64,000 bases of DNA from an uncultured Elusimicrobia bacterium (GCA_963702895.1 OY969767.1:1056001-1120000); one strand, 5' to 3'; counted from the first letter of the stretch, positions 51,304 through 60,268 are shown. Made by a program: numbers and translations. Notes: generated by a model from the letters alone, not told the origin.

Positions 51304-51816
51304 CTATTCATGCTTGAAGCCTTTGATCCGTAATGGGGCATCCGCCGGCTTTGCCATCAGCCCACGGATCGCGTCGAAGACCACTTTAAATTGCGCGTCG
51401 TATTTGTTTTCCAGCTCATGCAGCTTGCGGGCCAAGTCTTTGTGAGTGGCCAACATCTCTCTGATCCTTACAAAGGCATCCACAACCGCGAGGCTTGCTT
51501 TCACGGCGGTCTCACTATTGAGAACGCAAGCCAGCATGATCGCGCCATGCTCCGTGAAAACAAGGGGCAAATAACGTCGCCCTCCGTGGGCCATTCTTGA
51601 GGTCGCATTTTGCGACCTCAAGCGGCGCGCTTCCCCTTCGGCAAGCTGGAACATATATCGAGGCGGGAACCGGATTCGATTTCGCTTCACCTGTTCATTC
51701 AAACGTTTGGTCGTTACTCCATAGAGTTCCGCCAGATCTTCGTCCAGCATCACTTTATATCCACGAATCAGATAAATATACTGCTCAATCTTGATGCTCG
51801 GTACAGGTTTATTCAT
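51304..51816 (-). CDS. ORF6N/KilA-N-domain DNA-binding protein
   Basis: IRGYKVMLDEDLAELYGV, QVKRN..RFP, FTEHGAIMLA.VL.S; GAGGAG SD before ATG 51816. Confidence 0.92.
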   Translation of the reverse strand: MNKPVPSIKIEQYIYLIRGYKVMLDEDLAELYGVTTKRLNEQVKRNRIRFPPRYMFQLAEGEARRLRSQNATSRMAHGGRRYLPLVFTEHGAIMLACVLNSETAVKASLAVVDAFVRIREMLATHKDLARKLHELENKYDAQFKVVFDAIRGLMAKPADAPLRIKGFKHE

Positions 51817-51979
51817 GGGCTCCTCCTCTCCCTTAGATGGAGAACACCCGAAAATATTCACTGCTTAGACAAAGAGTTCAGACCCATCCGAGAACCCATT
51901 GCGTTTCGCATTTCGCCTTTTACATTCTTCATTTTGACTTGAGACACACCAGCGGTCGCAAGAGATGAAGCAGCTTCGT

Positions 51980-52272
51980 CAAAGATTAGGCAGGTTCCCC
52001 TGGAAAGATTAAGCAGGTTCACGGAAAGATTGAGACGGCTCCTCGAAGAACGAGACGGTTGGTCGGGAAAGAAAGAGACGGTTGGCAAAGAGAATGAGAC
52101 GGCTCCTCGAAGATTAGGTAGGTGACCCCGGAAAGATTAGGCAGGTTGGCCGAAAGATTAGGTAAGTTCCTCGAAGATTAGGTAAGTTCCCCGCGAAAGA
52201 TTAGGTAAGTCGACCGAAAGATTAGGTAAGCTGGCGGAAAGATTAGGTAAGTTGACCGAAAGATTAAGCAGG
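51980..52272. repeat. Direct-repeat array A, 14 units of about 21 bp (GAAAGATTAGGTAAGTTggcc)
   Basis: Unit spacings 23,21,20,23,21,20,23,21,20,23,21,21,21. Confidence 0.9.
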
Positions 52273-52592
52273 TCTGTCCGCGCCGGACGGCACGGGTTGG
52301 TACAGCGTGGCGGGGTCACGGGGATCGCCGGAGCGCTTGATCAGGCCGCGGTCCATGAGGTTGCCCAGGATTCTTAAGGTGGCCGTGCGCGAAAGGTTTA
52401 GCAGCTTTTCCACATCCTCCCGGCGCAGGCCGGCGCTCTGGCGCGCGGCGTCCAGGATCATCTTCTCGTAGCGTTCCCGTTTGCGGCTGACCCAGCGGTT
52501 TTGGGTGGAGGGGGGCAGGGGGTGACGAAGGCGTCGGCGCCGCGGCCTGGCCTTCGCCCTCGAGCTGTTGTTTGAGCCCCCGTGCGCCTTTT
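52264..52592 (-). pseudogene. 5'-truncated, frameshifted paralog of the 4TM-wHTH gene (3' HTH part only)
   Basis: Aligns with 54545-54873; extra G in the G-run near 52510; 65-aa HTH ORF remains at 52264-52461. Confidence 0.8.
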
Positions 52593-52699
52593 CAAACAGG
52601 TCGAACAGATCAGGTCAAGCAAATCCAGGTTCCAAACACGCTTCATCGCAAAGGATGTGGAAGGCGAGCGCAGGGTTCTGTTATACAATCATCGTCAAG

Positions 52700-53347
52700 A
52701 TGACGCCAAAGGATCGTTACGATGTGTCCGATTTGCCGGAGGCGCAGTTTGAGCCGGGCTCACGAAGGCAGGTTCTGCGCAATCGTTTAGGCATCAGAAC
52801 GATTGCCGCCATGGAGAATGCCGAAGAGCTGGCCTTGAAAAAGGCGACAGACATTCTTCTGCATACCTACTCAAAGGACCATCGCTTTAAGGCCAATGAC
52901 ATCCGTCATATGCACCGGCTTTGGCTATCGGACATCTACGGCTGGGCAGGCAATTATCGGAGGGTCAATCTGAGCAAGACGGGATTCATGTTTGCTGTTG
53001 CCCAGCACGTTCCCGGATTGATGCAGGAATTTGAAACGACTGCTCTGAAAGAATGCACCCCTTGTCATCCTGGGGATATTGAGACGATTGCAGAACATTT
53101 GGCGAAGGTCCACGTTGAACTCGTGCTGATACACCCCTTCCGGGAAGGAAACGGACGTGTTGCCCGGCTACTCACGACCTTCATGGCGCTCCAGGCCGAT
53201 CTGCCGCTCCTGGATTACAGAAGCATTCTGGGGAAATCGACACCCGTTTATTTTGCCGCCATTCAAGCGGGCATGAAACGAGACTACTTGCCCATGCGGA
53301 AAGTGATGAAATCAGTGATTGCGCGTACGCTCAGGCGGCTTTCTTAA
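52700..53347 (+). CDS. Fic-family AMPylase toxin
   Basis: Canonical HPFREGNGRVAR motif; N-terminal VLRNRLGI; WAGNYR. Confidence 0.93.
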   Translation: MTPKDRYDVSDLPEAQFEPGSRRQVLRNRLGIRTIAAMENAEELALKKATDILLHTYSKDHRFKANDIRHMHRLWLSDIYGWAGNYRRVNLSKTGFMFAVAQHVPGLMQEFETTALKECTPCHPGDIETIAEHLAKVHVELVLIHPFREGNGRVARLLTTFMALQADLPLLDYRSILGKSTPVYFAAIQAGMKRDYLPMRKVMKSVIARTLRRLS

Positions 53348-53501
53348 ACAGGCGTATTTTCTGCTTTAAGGTGCGGAGCGCCGTGGCAAAAGAACCCGTT
53401 TCGACGGCGGTAGAAGAGGCGACGTTCAGCGTGAGCGCCTTTTCGTATTTGCGCCGGTCTCGAAGGTAGGGGCTCGTCGCCAGCAGTGATTTCTTTTTCA
53501 T
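53331..53501 (-). CDS. Putative Fic antitoxin, 56 aa (below ORF-track cutoff)
   Basis: MKKKSLLATSPYLRDRRKYEKALTLNVASSTAVETGSF...KAA; SxxxE inhibitory-like motif; own TG-TAGACT -10 6 nt upstream. Confidence 0.7.
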   Translation of the reverse strand: MKKKSLLATSPYLRDRRKYEKALTLNVASSTAVETGSFATALRTLKQKIRLFKKAA

Positions 53502-53567
53502 GAAACAAGTCTACCATGATGGCCGCACCAATTCCAGACTTCCCAGCCGTTGCAGAAAGGACCTCCT

Positions 53568-54314
53568 ATGAAATTCGAGCTTTCTGACGAACAACTGAAA
53601 AATCTGCTGGTTCTGGCGTATCTGGGCGAATGGATGGCTAATGCGACCAGGGAAGAGCCGATCAAAGACTATGAGCAAGCCGCTTCCAGGATTTACGCCC
53701 TGGCCCAAGGAACCGCGCTGGAGCGCTACGTGGACTACGATGATCAGTCGCGGCGGTGGTGGCCCAGCAAGGAGCTGGACGAAGCAGCGGAACCGTTGCG
53801 CAGCGATTATGACGATGAGACGTTCTGGGACGAACTGCTGGACCGCCTGATCGACCGGGACCTTGCCGCAACATACGGGGTTGGGATTTTGGGTTCGAAG
53901 GACCGTGATAAATATTGCGCCCTGCGAGAGCCGATCGAGTCACGCTACGGGACGGAGTTTGAACGCTTTGGGATTGATCGCCTCAAGCTGCCCGAGGGTC
54001 TTCCTGAAGAAGACGCTTACTCCCCCTCGCCGGCCCAGGCGACAGCGATGGGCTTGGCGTGGTACCGGTCCGATCAATGGGAACAGCTTCGGTCCATCTC
54101 CGCGGACCGCGATGAGCTCGAAGAAAGATACGTGGAATGGTTAAAGACCGCTTCTAACCTCTTTTCCCAGCTCACGCTGCGGGGTCAAGAGATCAAAAAG
54201 GTATTAGTGGACGTCAATGATCTCGCCAAATGGTGTAAAGCCAAGGGCCTTCTTGTCGATTCCCATTCCCGATCTGCTTTCGTCGCGGACCAGCTCCGAA
54301 CGACGAAGTCCTGA
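53568..54314 (+). CDS. Hypothetical acidic two-domain protein
   Basis: Open frame with AAAGGA SD before MKFEL; no family recognised. Confidence 0.7.
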   Translation: MKFELSDEQLKNLLVLAYLGEWMANATREEPIKDYEQAASRIYALAQGTALERYVDYDDQSRRWWPSKELDEAAEPLRSDYDDETFWDELLDRLIDRDLAATYGVGILGSKDRDKYCALREPIESRYGTEFERFGIDRLKLPEGLPEEDAYSPSPAQATAMGLAWYRSDQWEQLRSISADRDELEERYVEWLKTASNLFSQLTLRGQEIKKVLVDVNDLAKWCKAKGLLVDSHSRSAFVADQLRTTKS

Positions 54315-54391
54315 CAAGCATCCGCTTCCCGGAGGTTGGCAGTACGAATGAGCGCCGAAGGACGCCAAAGCGACCCGAGGCCGGATTGGCA

Positions 54392-54553
54392 AATAGATTA
54401 ACCGGGTTCCTCGAAGATCGGGCCGGTTCCCCGAAAGATTAGGCAGGTTGGCCGAAAGATTAGGTAAGTTCCTCGAAGATTAGGTAAGTTCCCTGCGGAA
54501 GATTAGGTAAGTTGGCCGAAAGATTAGGTAAGTTAACCGAAAGATTAGGCAGG
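54392..54553. repeat. Direct-repeat array B, 8 units of about 21 bp
   Basis: Unit spacings 20,21,21,20,23,21,21; same consensus as array A. Confidence 0.9.
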
Positions 54554-55282
54554 CTTGTCCGTCGCAGCCTGCCCGGATTGGTAGAGCGTGGCGGGGTCAC
54601 GGGGATCGCCGGCGCGCTTGATCAGGCCGCGGTCCATGAGGCTGCCCAGGATCCTTAAGGTGGCCGTGCGCGAAAGGTTCAGCAGCTTTTCCACATCCTC
54701 CCGGCGCAGGCCGGCGCTCTTGCCAGTGGCGTCCAGGACAATCTTCTCGTAGCGTTCCCGCTTCCGGCTGACCCAGCGGTGTTGGGTGGAGGGGGTAGGG
54801 GGTGACGAAGGCGGCGGGGCCGCGGACTCGCCTTTGGCCTCGAGCTGCCGTTCGAGTTCCTGATGCGCTTTTTCCTCCACGCGGACGCTCAACCACCGGG
54901 AGGCACTCGATCCGATGTAGAACCCGAGGACTTCGAAGGCAATCAAGGTAAGTCCCTTGGGGTAGGCCAGGCGCGCCGGCCAGATCTCGGAGCCGAGCAC
55001 CGCCACGAGCAGGAAGACCGCCCATAGTCCGACGAACCATTCCCCTTTGAGCCGGAAAGGCGCGGGTTGCGTCTCTCCTTCGGCCGCCAGTTTCTCCGGA
55101 TGGAAGCCGATCGTCCACCGGTGGACTTCTTTCCCCCCCACATAAGCCGAAAGCAATGCCAGGTAGAAGGCGTTGGCGGTGCTGACGTTGATCTGGACAT
55201 GAGCGGCGGTGGCGAACTCCGCGACCTGCACGCCGAAAAGAGCCAGGGTGTAGAGCGCGCTCAGCCAGAAAAGAAAGGTCAT
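54545..55282 (-). CDS. Membrane protein (about 4 TM) with Pro-rich linker and C-terminal winged-HTH-like domain
   Basis: Four hydrophobic segments, then LRREDVEKLLNLSRTATLRILGSLMDRGLIKRAG...TLY. Confidence 0.8.
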   Translation of the reverse strand: MTFLFWLSALYTLALFGVQVAEFATAAHVQINVSTANAFYLALLSAYVGGKEVHRWTIGFHPEKLAAEGETQPAPFRLKGEWFVGLWAVFLLVAVLGSEIWPARLAYPKGLTLIAFEVLGFYIGSSASRWLSVRVEEKAHQELERQLEAKGESAAPPPSSPPTPSTQHRWVSRKRERYEKIVLDATGKSAGLRREDVEKLLNLSRTATLRILGSLMDRGLIKRAGDPRDPATLYQSGQAATDKPA

Positions 55283-55284
55283 GC

Positions 55285-55629
55285 TCAAGGTTTGATCTCC
55301 CTGCGGCGATGATGAAAAACGGGGCGCTGATTTTCCCAGCCTTCTGTCCTAAGCAAGGATCTCTTGGTTCGAATCCCCCCGCGGCCGGAGTAGCCGGTCA
55401 TCTGGCCGCCCGCGCCCAAGACGCGGTGGCAGGGGATCCGGGGCGCGAAAGGGTTGGCGGCGAGCGCCCTTCCCACCGCGCGCGCGGCGCCGGGCCGGCC
55501 GATCGCGCGCGCGAGCCAGCCATAGGTCCTCGTTTGCCCGCGCGGGATTCTGGCGCAGGCTTTCCAGACGCTTTGGTAAAAATCCGGGTACTTCTTCATC
55601 TGCTCGCGAAGGTCTCGGGCAAGTTTCAC
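55285..55629 (-). CDS. MGMT/Ogt-family methylated-DNA cysteine methyltransferase (binding domain only)
   Basis: IPRGQTRTYG, ARAVG.A, IPCHRV, GYSG; start 55629 or 55599. Confidence 0.9.
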   Translation of the reverse strand: MKLARDLREQMKKYPDFYQSVWKACARIPRGQTRTYGWLARAIGRPGAARAVGRALAANPFAPRIPCHRVLGAGGQMTGYSGRGGIRTKRSLLRTEGWENQRPVFHHRRREIKP

Positions 55630-55630
55630 G

Positions 55631-57421
55631 CTACTCGTCCTGGCTGTAGTCCAGCGGTCTGATTTCCAGGGGTCTTCCCAAAGTCGAGATGGGTTTGTCA
55701 AAAGTACTCAGGTCGCCGATCACCAGGATCGTCATGCGGTCGGGATGCAGGTAGGTTTTGCCAACGCGCTGCAAGTCTTGTCGGGTGACTTGCGCGATTT
55801 GCCGGGTGTAAGTCTCCAGATAGTTCTCCGGAAAACCGAAGAACTCGAGGCTCATGCGGTAAGAGGCGATCTGGGCGCTCGAGGTGAAATTCTCAATAAA
55901 GCGGTTGCGGATCGCTTCCTTCGCATCCGAGATTTCCTGGTCTGTAAAGAGAGCGTCCCTGGTTTCCTGAGAAATCTTGAGGATCGATTGGATGGCCGCC
56001 ATGGTTTGAGAGCCCCGGGTCTGGCACACCGCGACCACGAGACCTCTCTGTGGAGGCTCCGTATAACCGCTGCCCACCGAATAAGCCAGTCCCTGTTCCG
56101 TCCGAACCTTACGGAATAGCCTTGAGCCCGCACTGCCGCCCCAGAGCTCGTTAAAAACTTCCCAGGCGAAATGGTCCGGGCTGTGCCGAATCAGGCCGAA
56201 ATCGCCGACCCGGATCTGGCTTTGATTGAGAGGCCGCTGGATGTAAAAAACGCGGCGATCACCCAACGGAGGCGGTGCTGGAACCGGCGGCCAGGTGGTC
56301 TCTGACTTTTCCCATGATCCCAAAGCGTTTTGAAGATGCGCGAGCATCTCCTCCGTCACGAAGTCTCCCGTGACGGCCATCCACGCGCCATTCGGGCGGA
56401 AGTAGCGCTTGTGGGCACCCAGGAGATCGTCGCGTTTGATGTTCTTGATCATGGCGGGCGAGGGGATGCGCGCGTAAGGGTGGGCGGATCCATACATCAC
56501 GCGGCGAAATTCACGGCGACTGACGTCATCAGGGTCATCGTTCATGCGCCGCAAACTTTCCAGGGCCTTGGCTTTGGTGATCTCGAACTTATCTTTGCGA
56601 AATTGTGGATGCAGCAGCAGGTCCTGGTAGAGGCCGAAGATCTCTTTAAAATCTTCTTTGCGGCAGCTCAGAGTCCCTGATCCATTTTCGAGCCCGATCG
56701 AAAATCCGATCGAAGCCGCTTTGCGGTTGAGGGTCTTTTCAATATCTTCCGGTGTGTAAAGCCTGCTCCCGCCCAAGGCCATGACTTCCCCGTAGAGCGA
56801 CCCTAAACCAATTTTGTGGAGCGGGTCGGCCTGGGTGCCCCCTTCGACGTACATCTCCAGCTTAATCAGCGGCAGCTCATGGTCTTCCAGGAGAAAAAGG
56901 ACCAGGCCATTGTCCAGCACTTTGCGGACGGGTTTGGGCGGATGGAGCTCCAGTGGCGGGAAAGCGGGCAAAGGAGGCGGCGACGCGTACAATGCAGGCT
57001 GGATAAGGAACATGGCTGCGCCGAGTAGCGCGATAAACCGATTGCCGAACAAGGGTATCGAGGCCTCTTTTGACGTCACCCCGGCGGAAGCCGGGGTCCA
57101 GTTCATCGACGATGTTCTAGATTCCGGGTCTCCACTTTGACGCGGTGGGCCGTCCGCCACAAGACGGGCGGAGAGCGCCTGGTGCGTGGCGCTCGGCCCC
57201 CGCCTAACTTCTGGCGAGGCCTCGCCAGCCGTGTGGCGGGCGCCGGGAGTGTGGAGGGCCGGCTTTCGCCGGAATGACAACCATAAGACCTTCGGAAGGG
57301 CTTGTCGACACCCTTTTGGAGATCTGGACCCCGGCTTTCGCCGGGGTGACGACACGAGTGGCCTTGGGCCCCTGTTTCGCTCACTTTGGGACATTCGCAT
57401 TCCTGGCACATCGATCCTCAT
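55631..57421 (-). CDS. M16 peptidase, non-catalytic subunit; N-terminus carries an in-frame repeat insertion
   Basis: LDNGL, DHELP, SRLFRKVRTEQGLAYSV; no HxxEH; true start uncertain. Confidence 0.85.
   Translation of the reverse strand: MRIDVPGMRMSQSERNRGPRPLVSSPRRKPGSRSPKGCRQALPKVLWLSFRRKPALHTPGARHTAGEASPEVRRGPSATHQALSARLVADGPPRQSGDPESRTSSMNWTPASAGVTSKEASIPLFGNRFIALLGAAMFLIQPALYASPPPLPAFPPLELHPPKPVRKVLDNGLVLFLLEDHELPLIKLEMYVEGGTQADPLHKIGLGSLYGEVMALGGSRLYTPEDIEKTLNRKAASIGFSIGLENGSGTLSCRKEDFKEIFGLYQDLLLHPQFRKDKFEITKAKALESLRRMNDDPDDVSRREFRRVMYGSAHPYARIPSPAMIKNIKRDDLLGAHKRYFRPNGAWMAVTGDFVTEEMLAHLQNALGSWEKSETTWPPVPAPPPLGDRRVFYIQRPLNQSQIRVGDFGLIRHSPDHFAWEVFNELWGGSAGSRLFRKVRTEQGLAYSVGSGYTEPPQRGLVVAVCQTRGSQTMAAIQSILKISQETRDALFTDQEISDAKEAIRNRFIENFTSSAQIASYRMSLEFFGFPENYLETYTRQIAQVTRQDLQRVGKTYLHPDRMTILVIGDLSTFDKPISTLGRPLEIRPLDYSQDE
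57075..57350. repeat. Nested REP-like composite (276 bp)
   Basis: GTCACCCCGGCGGAAGCCGGGGTCCAG...CTGGACCCCGGCTTTCGCCGGGGTGAC enclosing further palindromes; same REP unit as in the MITEs. Confidence 0.82.
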
Positions 57422-58911
57422 GACTTTTTCACCGGTTCGAGGGCCCCCACGGTCAGGTTGTCCTTCAGAAAATATTTCCGTGCAAAGAGCTGGATGTCTT
57501 GGGCGCTCAGCTCTTTAATTTGCTGTTGGAAACGCAAGAGATAACGCCAATCACCAAAAATGGACTGGTTGTAAACCAAGGTGCTGGCCATGCCGGAATT
57601 GGTTTGCAGGGTTTCCAGAATGCCGACTTCGACGGCCGCTCTCACCTTTTCCAGTTCCCAAGGTTCCACGGGGTCTTTTTTGAGGCGATTCAGTTCATGC
57701 TCGATGGCTTGGGTGACCTGCGCATTGGTATGGGGATGGCGCGCTTGGGCCGAGATCAGGAACAGCGAGGCATAGCGCTCTCCGGGATAGTCTTGGGCGG
57801 TCTCCACGGCGGCGGCGACCTTTTTCTTTTCCACGAGCGCCTTGTAAAAACGAGATGTCGAACCGGTCCCCAAGAGATAGGAAACGGCATAGGCGATGAC
57901 CTGGTCTGGATGAGGGTAACCCGGGATGTGGTAGCCGAGAACAACCTGGGGTTGGGCCTCAAAGGTGACACTCGTTTGCCTTGCTCCGGTTTGTTTCGGT
58001 TCCGGGGCGATGTGGCTTGGGGGAGGTCCTGCGACGCGCCAGTTTCCAAAGTACTTTTCCACCAGCCGGAGGGTGTCCTGAGCTTTCACGTCACCGACGA
58101 TGCTGATCGTGAGTTGGTCCGGGGTGTAGTGCTTCTGGTAGAAGTCGACCAGGTCCGAAACATAAAGGTGATCCAGATCGCCCTCCCAGCCGATCGTGGG
58201 ATTGCGATAGGGGTGCGACTGGTAAGCCACGGAGGTAAAGACCTCAAAGAGTTTACCTTCGGGGTCCGTGTCGATCCTCATGCGGCGCTCTTCCTTCACG
58301 ACCTCACGCTCCTGGTAGAACTGCCGGAAAACCGGGTTCTTGAGCCGGTCGGAGTCCAGGATCGCCCAGAGTTCGATCTTGTTGGACGGCAGATCCACCA
58401 TGTATTGCGTAAAGTCTCGGGAGGTGCTGGCGTTGAGCACCGAAGCACCCTCGCGCTCATAGAGGTTCCAGAGTTCGTTATCGACAATATAGGCGCGGGA
58501 TTTTTCTTCGACGACGCGCAGCTCATCAATGAGGTCGCCAATACGCTTTTGATCGGCCTGATCGTTCCTCTGCTTTTCTTTGGCGATGGCCAACTGAAGG
58601 CGATCCATGTGTGCCAGAAGCGGCGCTTCGGCGGCATAGTTGTGGGTGCCGAGGGTCTTGGTGCCCTTGAACATCATGTGTTCAAACATGTGCGCGAGGC
58701 CCGTCTTGCCCGTCGTTTCATCCACCGATCCCACACGGAACATCATGCGGATCGACACGGTCGGCGAGAAATGCCGTTCCAGAATGAGCAGCTTGATGCC
58801 ATTGGACAACGTGTGTTCGACCACCCGTTGCTCGAGTAAGGAGCTTTCGCCAAAAGCGCAAGAGCTCGCCAGCGCCACGAGCAACAAAGAGAAACACCTT
58901 GTCCGCTTCAT
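57418..58911 (-). CDS. M16 zinc peptidase, catalytic subunit
   Basis: Signal peptide, GSVDE, GLAHMFEHMMFKG (HxxEH), NASTS, EERR. Confidence 0.93.
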   Translation of the reverse strand: MKRTRCFSLLLVALASSCAFGESSLLEQRVVEHTLSNGIKLLILERHFSPTVSIRMMFRVGSVDETTGKTGLAHMFEHMMFKGTKTLGTHNYAAEAPLLAHMDRLQLAIAKEKQRNDQADQKRIGDLIDELRVVEEKSRAYIVDNELWNLYEREGASVLNASTSRDFTQYMVDLPSNKIELWAILDSDRLKNPVFRQFYQEREVVKEERRMRIDTDPEGKLFEVFTSVAYQSHPYRNPTIGWEGDLDHLYVSDLVDFYQKHYTPDQLTISIVGDVKAQDTLRLVEKYFGNWRVAGPPPSHIAPEPKQTGARQTSVTFEAQPQVVLGYHIPGYPHPDQVIAYAVSYLLGTGSTSRFYKALVEKKKVAAAVETAQDYPGERYASLFLISAQARHPHTNAQVTQAIEHELNRLKKDPVEPWELEKVRAAVEVGILETLQTNSGMASTLVYNQSIFGDWRYLLRFQQQIKELSAQDIQLFARKYFLKDNLTVGALEPVKKS

Positions 58912-58924
58912 GAATTGGATTGTA

Positions 58925-60235
58925 TCAGTTGTCGGATTTGAGAAACTTCTTGGCGCGCCGTTGCCGGTGAAAGGTAATAGCAAAGCGGTGGGCTTCGTTG
59001 CGCACGCGCTGCACCAGGTGCAGCGCGGCGGAATCCATCGGCAGCCGAACGGGTGGGTCCTGCCCGGGAAGGAACAATTCCTCTTCCCGTTTGGCGAGCG
59101 CCGCCATCGCGGGGACCCGGGAGGACTCCAGGACCGAACGGATGGCTACTTGGGCGGCGCCCAGCTGGCCTTTGCCTCCGTCGATGAGAATCAGGTCGGG
59201 GAGCGTCTTCCCCTCATCCCGGAGGCGCCTGTAGCGCCGCCCCACCACTTCGCCCATGCTCGCGAAATCATCAATCCCGCTGACCGTTTTGATTTTAAAC
59301 TTGCGGTACTCGTCTTTCCTGGGTTTGCCAGCCGCAAAGACCACCACGGAAGCGACCGTTTCTGCGCCTTGAAAGTGAGAGATATCGAAGCATTCGATAC
59401 GGACGGGCGGGACCTTGAGTTGGAGCGCCTTCTGCAGGTCGGTGATGGCGCGGGACCCGCCGACACGCTCGTCCAGATCCACCCGTTCGATCTGCCGGAC
59501 CGTCACGCGCTCGTCCATGTGCTCGAGCGCGGCGACATTGTCACGGAGTTGGGCCGCGCGCTCGTAGTCCTGGGCTTGGGAGGCCTCCTGGAGTTCGCGT
59601 CGCCACGATTCGGTCAGCTTCCGATAATTTCCGCGGAAGAAGAGTTCTGCCTCCTGGGCGATTCGCCGGTAAGCCGCGCGCGTGATGCGCCCCACGCAAG
59701 GGGCCGGGCATTCGTGGGTGTGATAGTAAAGACACTGTTTGGCCTTTTCCAGCGGAAGCGGATCTTTCTCGGAGAACGGATAATGACAGGGCCTCAAAGG
59801 AAACAGATGCTGCTTCCAGAGGTAGCGGAGAAGCCGGCGCAAAGGCGTGACGTTCGGATAAGGGCCGAAATAGCGGGAGCCATCACGTTTCACCTGGCGT
59901 GTCATGAAGAGCCGAGGGAAGTCTTCATGCCAAGTGATCTTCACATGAGGATAAGACTTATCGTCTTTCCACATCGTGTTGAAGTGGGGCTGCAGCCTTC
60001 GGATGAGCCCCCGCTCCATGATGAGGGCTTCGCGCTCGCTGGCGGCGGGCACATAGTCCACATGGTGGATCGAGGCGACCAGCGCCGCGATCTTGGCGGT
60101 GTGCTGCGTGCGGTTCATGAAGTAGGAGCTCACACGCTTGGCGAGATCGCGCGCCTTGCCAACGTAGAGGATTTGGCCGGCTTTGTCGCGCATCAGATAG
60201 ACGCCTGGCGAATGAGGAAGGGCGTAGAGATTCAT
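58925..60235 (-). CDS. uvrC: Excinuclease ABC subunit C, short form lacking C-terminal HhH
   Basis: PGVY..YVGKA GIY-YIG, Cys cluster, UVR, IECFDISH, IDGGKGQ, RNEAHRFAI. Confidence 0.92.
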   Translation of the reverse strand: MNLYALPHSPGVYLMRDKAGQILYVGKARDLAKRVSSYFMNRTQHTAKIAALVASIHHVDYVPAASEREALIMERGLIRRLQPHFNTMWKDDKSYPHVKITWHEDFPRLFMTRQVKRDGSRYFGPYPNVTPLRRLLRYLWKQHLFPLRPCHYPFSEKDPLPLEKAKQCLYYHTHECPAPCVGRITRAAYRRIAQEAELFFRGNYRKLTESWRRELQEASQAQDYERAAQLRDNVAALEHMDERVTVRQIERVDLDERVGGSRAITDLQKALQLKVPPVRIECFDISHFQGAETVASVVVFAAGKPRKDEYRKFKIKTVSGIDDFASMGEVVGRRYRRLRDEGKTLPDLILIDGGKGQLGAAQVAIRSVLESSRVPAMAALAKREEELFLPGQDPPVRLPMDSAALHLVQRVRNEAHRFAITFHRQRRAKKFLKSDN

Positions 60236-60268
60236 CGATTCATTATAAAGGGGGCGGCGCGCGAACAA

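Noticed and set aside
51903..51940. Short heptamer-like run (TTTCGCA TTTCGCC TTTTACA TTCTTCA)
   Set aside because: Too short and degenerate to assign a function.
51980..52272. Array as a heptad coiled-coil coding sequence (ERLGKLA)
   Set aside because: The 20- and 23-bp units shift the frame and introduce stops; ORFs 51230-51445 and 51858-52088 are repeat by-products.
51980..54553. GATTAGG arrays as CRISPR
   Set aside because: Units are only 20-23 bp with 4-7 nt variable parts that recur; there are no unique spacers and no cas genes.
52264..54873. Duplicated gene end as a DGR template/variable repeat pair
   Set aside because: Mismatches are not adenine-specific and no reverse transcriptase is present in the window.
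41900..55300. Accessory block as a prophage or integrative element
   Set aside because: No integrase, structural genes, tRNA target or att-like terminal repeats were found.
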